DNA of 63,477 nucleotides, filler included. It is 5 parts of 5 records of this genome, joined end to end, with 100 filler letters (N's around TTAATTAATTAA, not from the genome) between each part and the next. Parts side by side here need not be neighbours in the genome. Positions count along the whole stretch, not along the records: positions 1 to 21,977 come from DRR723986_5198; positions 22,078 to 35,939 come from DRR723986_5216; 3 more parts are not named here. One strand, 5' to 3'. The position numbers and the translations under genes are program-made. Shown piece after piece: positions 18,763-28,273 of the stretch; within the stretch, counting starts at the first letter, position 1; each line of letters starts with the position of its first letter. Under the pieces are notes generated by a model. It worked only from the letters and a program-made list of their open reading frames with translations, did no database searches and was not told the DNA's origin.

Positions 18763-21519
18763 TTAACGAATAATATGTAGTGAATGTGAAATGTTGACAC
18801 CTTCACCCTGCAGCAGAACATAGTATCTGCCGGTGGAGAGTGCGCGCACATCCAATTCTACTTCGTCCGGTCCCGCATCGCGCAATCCGAGCATGCGTGA
18901 ATAGACCTTTACGCCTCGCACGTCAATGATAGACAGCTCAAGCTCACTACGCGTCGCTGCCGACCAGGTCAGGCGTAACTCGCTCTTTGCCGGATTAGGG
19001 CTGAGGCTGATGAAATCGCCGAATTCAGGTATTCCAAACTCTTTGACCGGCGAAATCTTGTCGGACGTGCCGAGCAGCAGCGCACGTGGCGCCGGCGGTT
19101 CGGCAGCATCAGACGTAAAGCGGACACTCTGTGAATAGTCGCCAATTGCCGGTGGTACAAAACAAACCGGGCCAAGTTCCACCCGCTCGCCCGGAGCCAG
19201 TGTCAGCGGAAGCTCAGGAGGATTGCCCTGCCAGTTGAACGGTGCTTCCAATGCGTCCATTCCAGTAACTGTCAGCTCAAACGTACCATCGTTATGTAAG
19301 ATGATTGCCGGGTTCTGGCAGTCTGCCGTTCCAGCCTGGGTGAGGTTAAATTTGGCCGTGTTGACGTCCAGGCGTGAGATTCCTCCGTTGCCCCGCAGCC
19401 TGAATTCGGCTCTGATGCCATCCTCGGTAGAGAGAATGCCCATCGCTTCATCATCTTGCCCACTGCCGCCTGCCGTTTCCTCGGTAGCCGTGTACCGCAC
19501 GGTGAAGGCCGCTTTTTTGCCGGCTTCCAGCACAAGTGGCAAACTAGGCTCAAGGAATTCAAAGTTGCCGTTCGGTGTGATTTCTTGCGTTACCAGGCCT
19601 ACACCCCGGTCACTGTTATTTGTCAGCGTTACAGTTTGTACGGCAGACTCACCCACGCGCAGCAACCCAAAGTCCAGAATCTCTGGTTCAATGATGATTT
19701 CCGGGACCTCAATTTCATACTCTTGCACACTTATGTTGCCGGCACGGTCACGCGCAAAAATCACGGCTTTAGCAGAAAGACCTGGGTCTACTTTTCTGAA
19801 CTGTACAGATGATTCCTTCAGGATGACGCCCGTGTGCAGCTCATCGGCATACTCCAACATTGCATTTAGGCTTTCACCTTCTATCAGGCCAATCGCAGCC
19901 AGCCCTACGTCCTCATCGGCATCGTCGAACACTTGAATGTCAATGACTTGTGAACCAATGCCTTCGGCCGCAAATCTTGGAGCCACATTGTCGGCACTAT
20001 TCAGAACGTTGCTGGCCATTCCGTCCGTCCAGCCATAGGACTCAAAGCGTGAAAAGCCATAAATGAACGATGCCATTGGCAAGGGGCTGGAAACGTTATG
20101 TGTGCCCGGCGCTACATTGATGCGTGCCCAGTGAATTCTGGTGCCTGGAACCTGATTTACCAGGAACAATGGGTCGCGATCAGCCACCGGAACTCCGTCA
20201 AGCATTACCTGCCGCAGGAACGGAAGCTCCGGTTCAGGATCTTCCGGTATTTCCACCAGGATATTGAGCCAGTTGGTGTTAAACTCCGCGTTGGCAGGTG
20301 TACCGACCACATTGACGCCAGTTTTGTACTGTTCCACCGGTGGTACCAACAACATAAAAGGATCAAACTCCTGGTTGCCGTCCCAGCCTGAGGAGTAGGA
20401 GTACTGCATTAGCATGGTTGGTTTGTTGCTTTTCCATATCGCCGTTCCACGGATTGACTCTGCGCCTCCCTGTGGGTTGACTTCTTCAAATTCTGACCAG
20501 TCACCGGCATTGCTAAGTACTCCGTTCCGCACTCCGATTAATTCCCTTTCGTCGCCTTTATCATAGTAGCGCACTTCGTACTCAGTATCGTTTTCCAGCG
20601 CCATTATGCGGAAATAGTCACCCGTATTTTCGCGGAAAAATTCGAGCGAAATGTGTTCGGTGCCACAGTGCATGATTGGTGGTAACATCTCCAAAAGATT
20701 ATCGCGCGAACTGCTTCCCATCGCCGTTGGAATGATGGTGCGTTCGTGGAAGGACATTACGGCAATCGGCTTGGTGGAAGAGATTCTGGAGCCGGTCAGG
20801 TCAAAGGTACGATCAATCCCGCTGCCTTTAACCATATAAGTTTGTCCGCGGCTCAGGGTCACGATAAAACTTTGACCAATAGAGCGACCACCTACGGTAG
20901 TGCCGCCTGAGCTGGTTCCGTCAAGATTAAAGACAACTTGAGTTTCATCTTCCTGTGCGACAACCACAAAACCGCCACCGCGAACTGTTTGTGCTTCCGG
21001 GTAGTCGTAGTATCCCAAATGCTGATAATCATTGCCCAACGCGGTAACGGGCCGAATTCCACTGCCTTCCGAACTAAAACGCTTGGCACTCAGCACCCAA
21101 ACTTTGATCGGTGCATCGGATGTTATGAAGACCCCTTTGTCTGTTACCCCGTCACTTTCGCGAACCTCCATGGCCCATGAAAGCTCATTGGCTTCGCCAC
21201 TGAAAGTCGTGATCTCATTGGCTTTTACTTGTTTGGCCACGGGCCCAAAACCTAAGCCCGGTACACTCAGTCTTACTTCCGTATCAAAGCGCGAGGTCAC
21301 GTAGACCTCAAGCGCTCGCTGAATAATATTTACCCCCGTTGCCTCATTCGGCGGAAAAGCAAAAACAAAGCTGCGCCCCTCAAGGGAATTGTCAAGATCG
21401 GCAGCTAAGCCCGGATGCTGCTGGAGCAGCTCCTGTTTCGTTTGTGCACTGGCGCTCCCGTCAGGAAACCACAACAAGGCCATTGCCGCGCAAAGCACGT
21501 ACAAGTACATCTTGTGCAT
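18763..21519 (-). CDS. T9SS-type secreted protein, paralogue 1
   Basis: Signal peptide, AGAGG RBS, same domains, CTD LSPNPAK...LSTGRYYV. Confidence 0.82.
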   Translation of the reverse strand: MHKMYLYVLCAAMALLWFPDGSASAQTKQELLQQHPGLAADLDNSLEGRSFVFAFPPNEATGVNIIQRALEVYVTSRFDTEVRLSVPGLGFGPVAKQVKANEITTFSGEANELSWAMEVRESDGVTDKGVFITSDAPIKVWVLSAKRFSSEGSGIRPVTALGNDYQHLGYYDYPEAQTVRGGGFVVVAQEDETQVVFNLDGTSSGGTTVGGRSIGQSFIVTLSRGQTYMVKGSGIDRTFDLTGSRISSTKPIAVMSFHERTIIPTAMGSSSRDNLLEMLPPIMHCGTEHISLEFFRENTGDYFRIMALENDTEYEVRYYDKGDERELIGVRNGVLSNAGDWSEFEEVNPQGGAESIRGTAIWKSNKPTMLMQYSYSSGWDGNQEFDPFMLLVPPVEQYKTGVNVVGTPANAEFNTNWLNILVEIPEDPEPELPFLRQVMLDGVPVADRDPLFLVNQVPGTRIHWARINVAPGTHNVSSPLPMASFIYGFSRFESYGWTDGMASNVLNSADNVAPRFAAEGIGSQVIDIQVFDDADEDVGLAAIGLIEGESLNAMLEYADELHTGVILKESSVQFRKVDPGLSAKAVIFARDRAGNISVQEYEIEVPEIIIEPEILDFGLLRVGESAVQTVTLTNNSDRGVGLVTQEITPNGNFEFLEPSLPLVLEAGKKAAFTVRYTATEETAGGSGQDDEAMGILSTEDGIRAEFRLRGNGGISRLDVNTAKFNLTQAGTADCQNPAIILHNDGTFELTVTGMDALEAPFNWQGNPPELPLTLAPGERVELGPVCFVPPAIGDYSQSVRFTSDAAEPPAPRALLLGTSDKISPVKEFGIPEFGDFISLSPNPAKSELRLTWSAATRSELELSIIDVRGVKVYSRMLGLRDAGPDEVELDVRALSTGRYYVLLQGEGVNISHSLHIIR

Positions 21520-21977
21520 AATAAACCTCTAAATACAGAATAGGATGTACGACTCTTTTTTGTCGAAGAATATCGAGATTAAGGTGGGGCAAACCTTCAA
21601 TCTATCAGCCGATTGGGGGTATCGACTCGCCTGGCCGGACCTGCCAAACAATGCATAGAAAGCTGATATCCAGGGGAATTGGACGTGCTTGTATACTAAT
21701 CATTGACGCTTTAGTCTCTACATCGTCTCTCTCGTACCCAAAAAAATCTGGCGGTCTGAATCCAGTTATACCGTCGCATTCGCAGGTGCTTGTGGGAGAC
21801 GTTCTCTACGGTTTTTTGCACAGGCATACATGCAAAGTTGCAGGAGCGTTATTTGTGGCAGCAGTTAAATGGCACAGGCACGGTCTATAACACGCACGTC
21901 ATCTCTCCAGGCCCGCTCAGTCTTTTTGCCTTGGAACTGATAGCTCCGTGCATCTCCGGCTCACAGCCCTTAGGGCT

Positions 21978-22077
21978 NNNNNNNNNNNNNNNNNNNNNNN
22001 NNNNNNNNNNNNNNNNNNNNNTTAATTAATTAANNNNNNNNNNNNNNNNNNNNNNNNNNNNNNNNNNNNNNNNNNNN
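21978..22077. other. Artificial contig linker (N44-TTAATTAATTAA-N44)
   Basis: N runs around a 12-mer with stops in all six frames. An identical linker occurs four times. Confidence 0.99.
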
Positions 22078-22094
22078 GAGGCGGCTGCGCCGGG

Positions 22095-22117
22095 TGCAGG
22101 CAGGCTGCCCGCACTAC
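22095..22117 (-). repeat. GTAG-type REP-like palindrome, copy 1
   Basis: The - strand reads GTAG-TGCGGGCAG-C-CTGCCTGCA. It differs by 1 nt from the copy at 23411-23433. Confidence 0.65.
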
Positions 22118-22805
22118 TGTTTAAACATTGATACAATGCGGTGGCAGTTGTTGGGCCAATCGGTTCGTTAGGGATTCAGCATCAGTGTCTGGCAGTATGA
22201 GCAGCCCAGGAGAATGCTTCTCAGGAAAACGGGTTCGCGGAACGAAGTGGACTCGCGTCGGCGTCGCAATTACGCTTCCAACCGAAGAAATCGTGACAGG
22301 GGATGCCGTTCATGCATCGGGGATCGGACAGTTACGCGCAAAAGACTACTGCTTGCATTTTGGCCTGTCCACCGTTCGGGATAGTGGTAAAGACGTCGTC
22401 GGACTCTCCATTGATCACGGTATGTTTCGCCTTCCGAATTGCGTAGTTGATGACCTTCTCAATGATCAGCGATACGTCTTGGCACAACAACGGCCCTTCT
22501 CTGCGTCATGCAGTTTGGTGCTTGGTAGTGAAAAGGTTGCAAACTTCAAGGCCCATTGGCTATCTTCGCAGTATTCAACAGATATTGTCGCTAGTGTGCC
22601 TGAAGCGATTATCGTTGTAGCGCTTGGGTGTCTACTGGTTCGTCAGCCGTTTGCTGCCTAGACGTTGGCACTCGCCCGCGTGCTCTTTGTAGGGGCATTG
22701 GGACAGGCGCACCTCGGGGAGGCCGTGCTAGGCTATGATGCTGGTGCTGCACAGCAGAATGCGTGCGGATTCGGGATGGATGCGTAATCGTCGGGGTAAA
22801 ATGTC

Positions 22806-23294
22806 GTGCTCGCTCAACAGACAACAAAGCCGCGGCGAATGCAGATCAGTATCGCAACGACCCTGATTCTAGTGGCTGTCGCTGCAATAGTTTGCAAATT
22901 CACGTTTGACCGTGAGCCAGTTGACCTGACGCTTGAGGACCTAAGACTGGGAACTGGGGCGTCTTCGCGTCAGACGGTGCCGACGATCCCGGCGAAGATT
23001 CAAAGGCTCGATGGTAAAGATGTTCGTCTGCGTGGTTACATCTACGCAGGTACCATATTGAAGGCCTCGGGGATCAAGACATTCTTCCTGTGCCGAGACA
23101 ACAACGAACCACCAGAAGCGGTGCACGATAGCGAATTCGTTGCTGTTCGGCTGCTGGGCGACGCCACAATTGATTTCACGTCGCGCCCCGTAATGGTCGA
23201 GGGAACGCTCAAGATCTTGCCTACACCGGCAACAAACGGCAAACGGCGGTTGTTCTATACGATGGATGCAGTCGAGGCCGGACCGCTCCAGTAG
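22806..23294 (+). CDS. DUF3299-like exported protein
   Basis: N-terminal hydrophobic segment, LDGKDVRLRGYI, FFLCRDN, PVMVEGTL. Start may be ATG 22839. Confidence 0.65.
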   Translation: MLAQQTTKPRRMQISIATTLILVAVAAIVCKFTFDREPVDLTLEDLRLGTGASSRQTVPTIPAKIQRLDGKDVRLRGYIYAGTILKASGIKTFFLCRDNNEPPEAVHDSEFVAVRLLGDATIDFTSRPVMVEGTLKILPTPATNGKRRLFYTMDAVEAGPLQ

Positions 23295-23410
23295 CCCGGG
23301 TCAGGGGCGAAAACTGCTGGTGTAGCGTGTGGTCCTCCACCGTTACTACAGGACTGGCGGGGCCAGCCCTTTGGTGCAACTTTCTATTGTCTGCGTCGTA
23401 CAGGGGCGAT

Positions 23411-23433
23411 TGCAGGCAGGCTGCCTGCACTAC
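23411..23433 (-). repeat. GTAG-type REP-like palindrome, copy 2
   Basis: The - strand reads GTAG-TGCAGGCAG-C-CTGCCTGCA (perfect 9-bp arms). Extragenic. Confidence 0.7.
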
Positions 23434-23666
23434 GACGGGCTGGAGATGAAGGCCCAGAGTTACTGGAAAAATCGGCACTGCTGCTAGAATTGCCGCTTGT
23501 TCAGCGCGTGGGCCGATGATTTTCTGACCGGCAGTCTGTCGTCACGCTTGGGAGTAATTTCAATAGAGTCAAACGCCTCGACTCAGTATTTTCACCCATC
23601 AGCGTCCTTACCCAATCACGAACGACGGGCATCGAGTCGTCTTCGGTCTTTCTTTATAGCGTGCCC

Positions 23667-24824
23667 ATGCGGTCAATCTACCTCGACTACAGTACCAGCA
23701 CTCCAGTGGCGGCGAGCGTGCGTGACAAGATGCTGCCGTTTCTGTCTGAGTTTTATGGGCATCCGTCAAGCTGCCATTGGTACGGTCGCGCGGCGCAGGA
23801 AGCCGTCGAGGACGCTCGTAGCAGCTTGGGGACTCTGCTGGGTTGCCATCCCACCGAAATGGTCTTTACAAGCGGTGGTACCGAAAGCGTCAACCTGGGA
23901 CTGCTCGGTGCCGCCCGAGCAATCCAGCGTGATCACGAAGGCGAGAAGCCGCACCTGATCACTTCGACACTCGACCACGCCGCTGTAACCGCTTGTGCAA
24001 GGCAGCTTGAGCGGGAAGGGTGGAGCGTTAGCTTGATTGGCTGTGATCGCAGTGGTGTGATCTCGATGGACGAATTCCAAGCAGCCCTGCGCAAGTCAAC
24101 TCGGTTGGTTAGCATCATTCACGCTAGCCACCGCGTGGGAACGATTCAACCAATCGAAGAACTCTCAGGCATCTGCAAAGAGCGTAACATCATACTGCAC
24201 ACCGATGCGGCTCAGTCTGTTGGCAAGATCGCGTGTAATGTCGAAGAGCTCGGCGTTGATCTGCTGAGTTTCAGTGGTCACAAGATGTATGGACCGAAGG
24301 GCGTCGGCGGCCTGTACGTTCGCACCGGTGTAGCCGTCGAGCCGATTCTATACGGTGAGAGTCATGAGTCGGGATTGCGTGCTGGGACGAGCAATGTTGC
24401 CGCAATAGCAGGGTTGGGACAAGCGGCTCGCTTGGCCGAACTGGGCTTGGCCAGTGCAATTGACCGAGTTAGTTCCATGCGGGATCGCTTCTATCGTCAG
24501 CTAGAAACTGCCATTGGAAAGCCAATTCGAGTGCTTGGGCAAGGTGCCAAGAGAGTGCCAGGAATCCTGAGCGTAGAAATGCCTGGGGTCACCGCTGAGG
24601 CGATTCAACAAAAAGCACCGGAGCTGTGTTTGGGGCCTGCCTACCGCAGTGGAGATGGCAAGCCGGATACGGAAGAGCATCGAAAGACGCCCCAACAATT
24701 TGGTCCAACTGAATTCCAGTCGCCAGAGACGCTTAGGATTTCTTTCGGCTGGACGACATCAGAGGACGAACTTCAGCAGGCGGTGCATCTGCTAGCCGCT
24801 GCCTATGAGAGTCTGACGACCTAG
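23667..24824 (+). CDS. Class V PLP enzyme, IscS/NifS-like cysteine desulfurase homologue with atypical Cys loop
   Basis: IYLDYSTSTP, FTSGGTES, HTDAAQSVGK, SGHKMYGPKG (PLP Lys), LRAGT, LRISFG. SGSAC is replaced by LGPAY. Confidence 0.85.
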   Translation: MRSIYLDYSTSTPVAASVRDKMLPFLSEFYGHPSSCHWYGRAAQEAVEDARSSLGTLLGCHPTEMVFTSGGTESVNLGLLGAARAIQRDHEGEKPHLITSTLDHAAVTACARQLEREGWSVSLIGCDRSGVISMDEFQAALRKSTRLVSIIHASHRVGTIQPIEELSGICKERNIILHTDAAQSVGKIACNVEELGVDLLSFSGHKMYGPKGVGGLYVRTGVAVEPILYGESHESGLRAGTSNVAAIAGLGQAARLAELGLASAIDRVSSMRDRFYRQLETAIGKPIRVLGQGAKRVPGILSVEMPGVTAEAIQQKAPELCLGPAYRSGDGKPDTEEHRKTPQQFGPTEFQSPETLRISFGWTTSEDELQQAVHLLAAAYESLTT

Positions 24825-24887
24825 CGGCTTGGAAGCCAAACCTTGCGTCTATGACTCGCGCCCGCGGGGTCAGCGGCCCGGTAACCG

Positions 24888-25928
24888 TTAAGCCAGTCGA
24901 ACGTTCTGAGATTCTCGGCCGCGGAGTACTTCTGAGCACGCGTGCAGCACATCGTCGACTTCGATGGCTTTCATAGCGGTATTCTCGCCGCTGCGGAGCA
25001 TCTTGCCCCTTGGTGGCAAAACGGGCGATTGGACACTGTGATGCCCGGCACCATACGGGCCCGACTCATCAGCCCAGGTAACACCGTGCAGGCTGACACA
25101 AGGCGTACCCACTGCACTTGCCAGGTGTAGTGGTCCTGTGTCGCCCGTGACAAGTGTCGTCGCTAGTCGGATGCACTCGGTTAGTTCTTGAAGACTCGTG
25201 GAAGGAGCGGCAATGGCAGCCCCGCGACTATTCTCCTCGATGACTTTGGCCATCAAGCGTTCTGAGTCGCCTGCCCAGAAAACAATGCTTTGCATGCCGA
25301 ATTCCGTTGACAGCTCTCTTGCCACTTGGGCAAATCTGCCGGTGGGCCATTGCCGCGTGGACCAGCCTGCTCCAGGATTCATGGCCACAAAACCGCCTGG
25401 ACGCAATCCGGTCGACGCAATGATTTGTTGTGCCCTGCCAGCGGCTGCATTGTACCGCGGCATTCGAAACTCGCCCTCGCCCGCTTCAATTTCGGTCCAC
25501 GGCGAAAGCAACTGACGATAGACGTCCACCATGTGACGATGCGTCTTTTTTACGCGGCGAGTCGACAGCATGGGGGCCAGCTCGCGAGCGTGTGAAAAAT
25601 CGTGACTCACTCGTGTCGTCGCACCAGTCATCCAGCTCAATCCGGCGCTCTTGGTAAGACCTTGGGGATCGAGGACGAGATCGAAATCCCGCTTGCGAAG
25701 CTCGTCGCGCAGCGGCTTCCACTCCGATGGACGCTTGAGCCAGCGTTTTTCAATCACGATCAGTTCGTCGATGGCGGAGTGGTCCTTGAGCAGTTGCCCA
25801 GCCGCACAATCGACGACCCAGGAAAGCTTGCATTGCGGCCACAGCTTCTTGACCTCGACGGCCAGCGGTAACGTTAAAATGCAATCGCCAATTGCACTGA
25901 GGCGTGTGATGAGAACTCGTTGAGGCAT
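24888..25928 (-). CDS. Glycosyltransferase family 9 (ADP-heptose:LPS heptosyltransferase-like)
   Basis: RLSAIGD, DPQGLTKS, NPGAGWSTRQWP, GDTGPLHLA. Start could be 25961. Confidence 0.9.
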   Translation of the reverse strand: MPQRVLITRLSAIGDCILTLPLAVEVKKLWPQCKLSWVVDCAAGQLLKDHSAIDELIVIEKRWLKRPSEWKPLRDELRKRDFDLVLDPQGLTKSAGLSWMTGATTRVSHDFSHARELAPMLSTRRVKKTHRHMVDVYRQLLSPWTEIEAGEGEFRMPRYNAAAGRAQQIIASTGLRPGGFVAMNPGAGWSTRQWPTGRFAQVARELSTEFGMQSIVFWAGDSERLMAKVIEENSRGAAIAAPSTSLQELTECIRLATTLVTGDTGPLHLASAVGTPCVSLHGVTWADESGPYGAGHHSVQSPVLPPRGKMLRSGENTAMKAIEVDDVLHACSEVLRGRESQNVRLA

Positions 25929-26193
25929 GAACGAATCCCCTGTGAAAACTCTCAGTGCCATTGCTATCAACCTAAGCTGGTGGAAAAGACTCTCGAAGAG
26001 TGGCACATCAGGCTTCAAGCTCGTAAGGCGGGCATGCCTCGGAAACCAAAACCAAATGCTGAACATCAGCGGCCCACGTGGGCGCAACGCTCAATGCCCA
26101 ATTCCTAGCAAAATGACATATCGGGTGCAACGCGGTTTGCACGGTCAGAATCGGCGAACTGCTTAAGCAGAGAGAGTCATCAGCGGACAGTCA

Positions 26194-26874
26194 TCAAGCA
26201 ACTGCGGAAAGCTGCGTCGCGCCGAAGTGGCCGTGCTGGAAGAATTGAACCGCCAGCTCGAGAGCTTCCATGCAACTGGGCAGTTCAAAATGCGACGAGG
26301 TGACAACTGCGTGGTCACGTTGTTCGCGTAGCCGAGTGCTTTCCAGGTGAACAACAAAATCTTTGCTGGCCGCGATCACGCCCACTTCAACACCCTCGAT
26401 CGGCGGCAACTGATTGGGCACGCTGTCTGGCTTTTCGGATATTTGCACAATCGACGGAAGCACCGACCGAAACGGACCGAGCGACATTCGCGTCAGGTGC
26501 GATCCGGCGTTTGGCGGGGCCAACATGACGATGCGGCACAGTTTGGGGATGAGCTGATCGGCGAGTAGCTTCCGAACAAGAATGCCACCAAGGCTGTGCG
26601 TAAGGAAGTAGACCTGTTGAACGCGTTGGTCTTCAACGATCGAACTGGTAAATTCGGCCAATCGATCCGCGTGTTGTTCGATGCTACGAAACAAAGTTGG
26701 GTAGCCCCACCGGTGCGTTTCGAAGCCAAACGCCTGCAGGTAGTTCTCCGCCTTCCGCATGCTTCGTTTACTGGCAAACAAGCCATGCACCAGAACAACT
26801 GCACTGGTCGATTCAGCATCCAAGCGAGGGCTGAATGGTAGGATCGCGTTTTCCGCCAAGAAACGTTTCTTCAT
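26194..26874 (-). CDS. Alpha/beta hydrolase (lipase/esterase-like)
   Basis: VLVHGL, nucleophile elbow THSLGG, LAPPNAGS, D-x-x-V and a C-terminal His. Start uncertain. Confidence 0.85.
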   Translation of the reverse strand: MKKRFLAENAILPFSPRLDAESTSAVVLVHGLFASKRSMRKAENYLQAFGFETHRWGYPTLFRSIEQHADRLAEFTSSIVEDQRVQQVYFLTHSLGGILVRKLLADQLIPKLCRIVMLAPPNAGSHLTRMSLGPFRSVLPSIVQISEKPDSVPNQLPPIEGVEVGVIAASKDFVVHLESTRLREQRDHAVVTSSHFELPSCMEALELAVQFFQHGHFGATQLSAVA

Positions 26875-26935
26875 ATCAAAGTTGTGTACCGGCTGAGGCG
26901 ATGCCCTCGGTCGGCAGTATTCCCCTTCGATTGCC

Positions 26936-28270
26936 TTATCGCAGTTGGATTTGCTGAACGGACCCGGCAGGCATTTTGCTAGCAGCTTCTGCAAACTTCG
27001 GCGGTCCACGTCGGCCACGGGCTCCTCCCGAAAAACCGTACGGTTCGGTTGGGACGCCAAAGCGACTGCGGTTCAGTTTTCCATCACGATTCATGTCTTG
27101 ATAGACAGCAACTGCCGCCAGATTCGGACTGACCGGCAGAGTTGTCTCGATTGTAGTATTTGTCGGTTGCAGGGCCTTTTTCGCCGCAGCCAAATCCTGC
27201 TGAGGGAAAGTTTGCGGTGATTCGAAGAGTGCAATACGGACGGGGCCCTTACCAGGACTTACACCGGTTACCTGGATTCTCACGTGAGCCGGCAAAGTAG
27301 GCTGGCTGGGCGGCGCTGGTGGCATGGGTTGTTGTGTGGCATACCGAGGTGGTGAGCTGGGCGCAACGGCGCCAAGCGCTGGGGTGCTGAGTGCCGCGGT
27401 GCTGAGTGCTGTTGAGGATGGTTGCCCCGGTGCAGACTGGCGGTATCGATTGTTGCTTGAGCCAGCGTAATTCTGAGGGCTAGTGCCGGTTCCGGAATAG
27501 CTTGCATTTGCGGAGGTGTTGCCAGCTCGACCGCCAGCAGGCGGACGCGGACCGCGATTTGATGACGGTTGCCAGCCGCTTGGATATCGTGGCACGGCGG
27601 GTAACGTTCCAGTGCGAGGTTGAGCTTGAGGTTGGTTGTCAAACACGTCCGTGAAGGATCCGTCGAAGCTCCGAGCGGGTGGTTGTTGTGCGGCTCCCTG
27701 CTGCGGGAATGGTTGCTGAGCATTTGGTTGTTGGGTTGGCGACAAGCTGGCCGCCAACTTGCGAGCTTGACCATAGGTTAGGCCATCGGCGCGTCCCGTG
27801 TAGCTTTCCTGCTGGTACGACTGAGCTGGGTTGGCCGCCGACTGACCGAAGGCTGAGTTTGAGAGACTGTTTGACGGGTTGTAGGGCGAACCATTCGCGC
27901 TTGCCGCTGGAGTTGCCTGTTGCGTTGAATTCGCAGGAGGTATTGAATTTGTGGGTGGCGTTGGGATAGCGGTCGGTCCACCTGTCAATGAAATCTGCGG
28001 CGGGCTAAGTTCGTTGGCAGCCGAGACATCGGACACGGTCAAGTTTGCCGCCGAGGAAGCCGCGCTGCCGCCGCTTGCGATTGAGAATTCCCCACCATCA
28101 TCCGTTTCGTCCATCACGAAAGCGGGATCAACGGGTTGCGGCGGAGACTGGCGAAAGAACTGCTTGCTCCACGAGCATCCTCCATTGATGCATGTCATGA
28201 AAATGACAAGGCCGGCGAGCGGAATTCGTCTTGTGCGGCTATTGTGATCGTGACTCATACTGGCTCCCAC
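26936..28270 (-). CDS. Probable lipoprotein with long P/Q/S/A-rich linker and C-terminal DUF2141 domain
   Basis: Lipobox-like INGGC, about 280 aa of low complexity, C-terminal AVAVYQDMNRDGKLNRSRFGVPTEPYGFS...GPPKFAEA. Confidence 0.75.
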   Translation of the reverse strand: MGASMSHDHNSRTRRIPLAGLVIFMTCINGGCSWSKQFFRQSPPQPVDPAFVMDETDDGGEFSIASGGSAASSAANLTVSDVSAANELSPPQISLTGGPTAIPTPPTNSIPPANSTQQATPAASANGSPYNPSNSLSNSAFGQSAANPAQSYQQESYTGRADGLTYGQARKLAASLSPTQQPNAQQPFPQQGAAQQPPARSFDGSFTDVFDNQPQAQPRTGTLPAVPRYPSGWQPSSNRGPRPPAGGRAGNTSANASYSGTGTSPQNYAGSSNNRYRQSAPGQPSSTALSTAALSTPALGAVAPSSPPRYATQQPMPPAPPSQPTLPAHVRIQVTGVSPGKGPVRIALFESPQTFPQQDLAAAKKALQPTNTTIETTLPVSPNLAAVAVYQDMNRDGKLNRSRFGVPTEPYGFSGGARGRRGPPKFAEAASKMPAGSVQQIQLR

Positions 28271-28273
28271 GAA

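Noticed and set aside
7004-21519. Diversity-generating retroelement or shufflon acting on the paralogues
   Set aside because: No reverse transcriptase or recombinase is present. I saw no near-identical TR/VR pair with adenine-specific mismatches; differences look like ordinary synonymous divergence.
22022-22033. TTAATTAATTAA palindrome recurring four times
   Set aside because: It is a synthetic six-frame-stop spacer embedded in N runs. ORFs running into it are artefacts.
22128-22661. 177-aa + strand ORF
   Set aside because: It has no recognisable motif or RBS, and its coding status cannot be supported.
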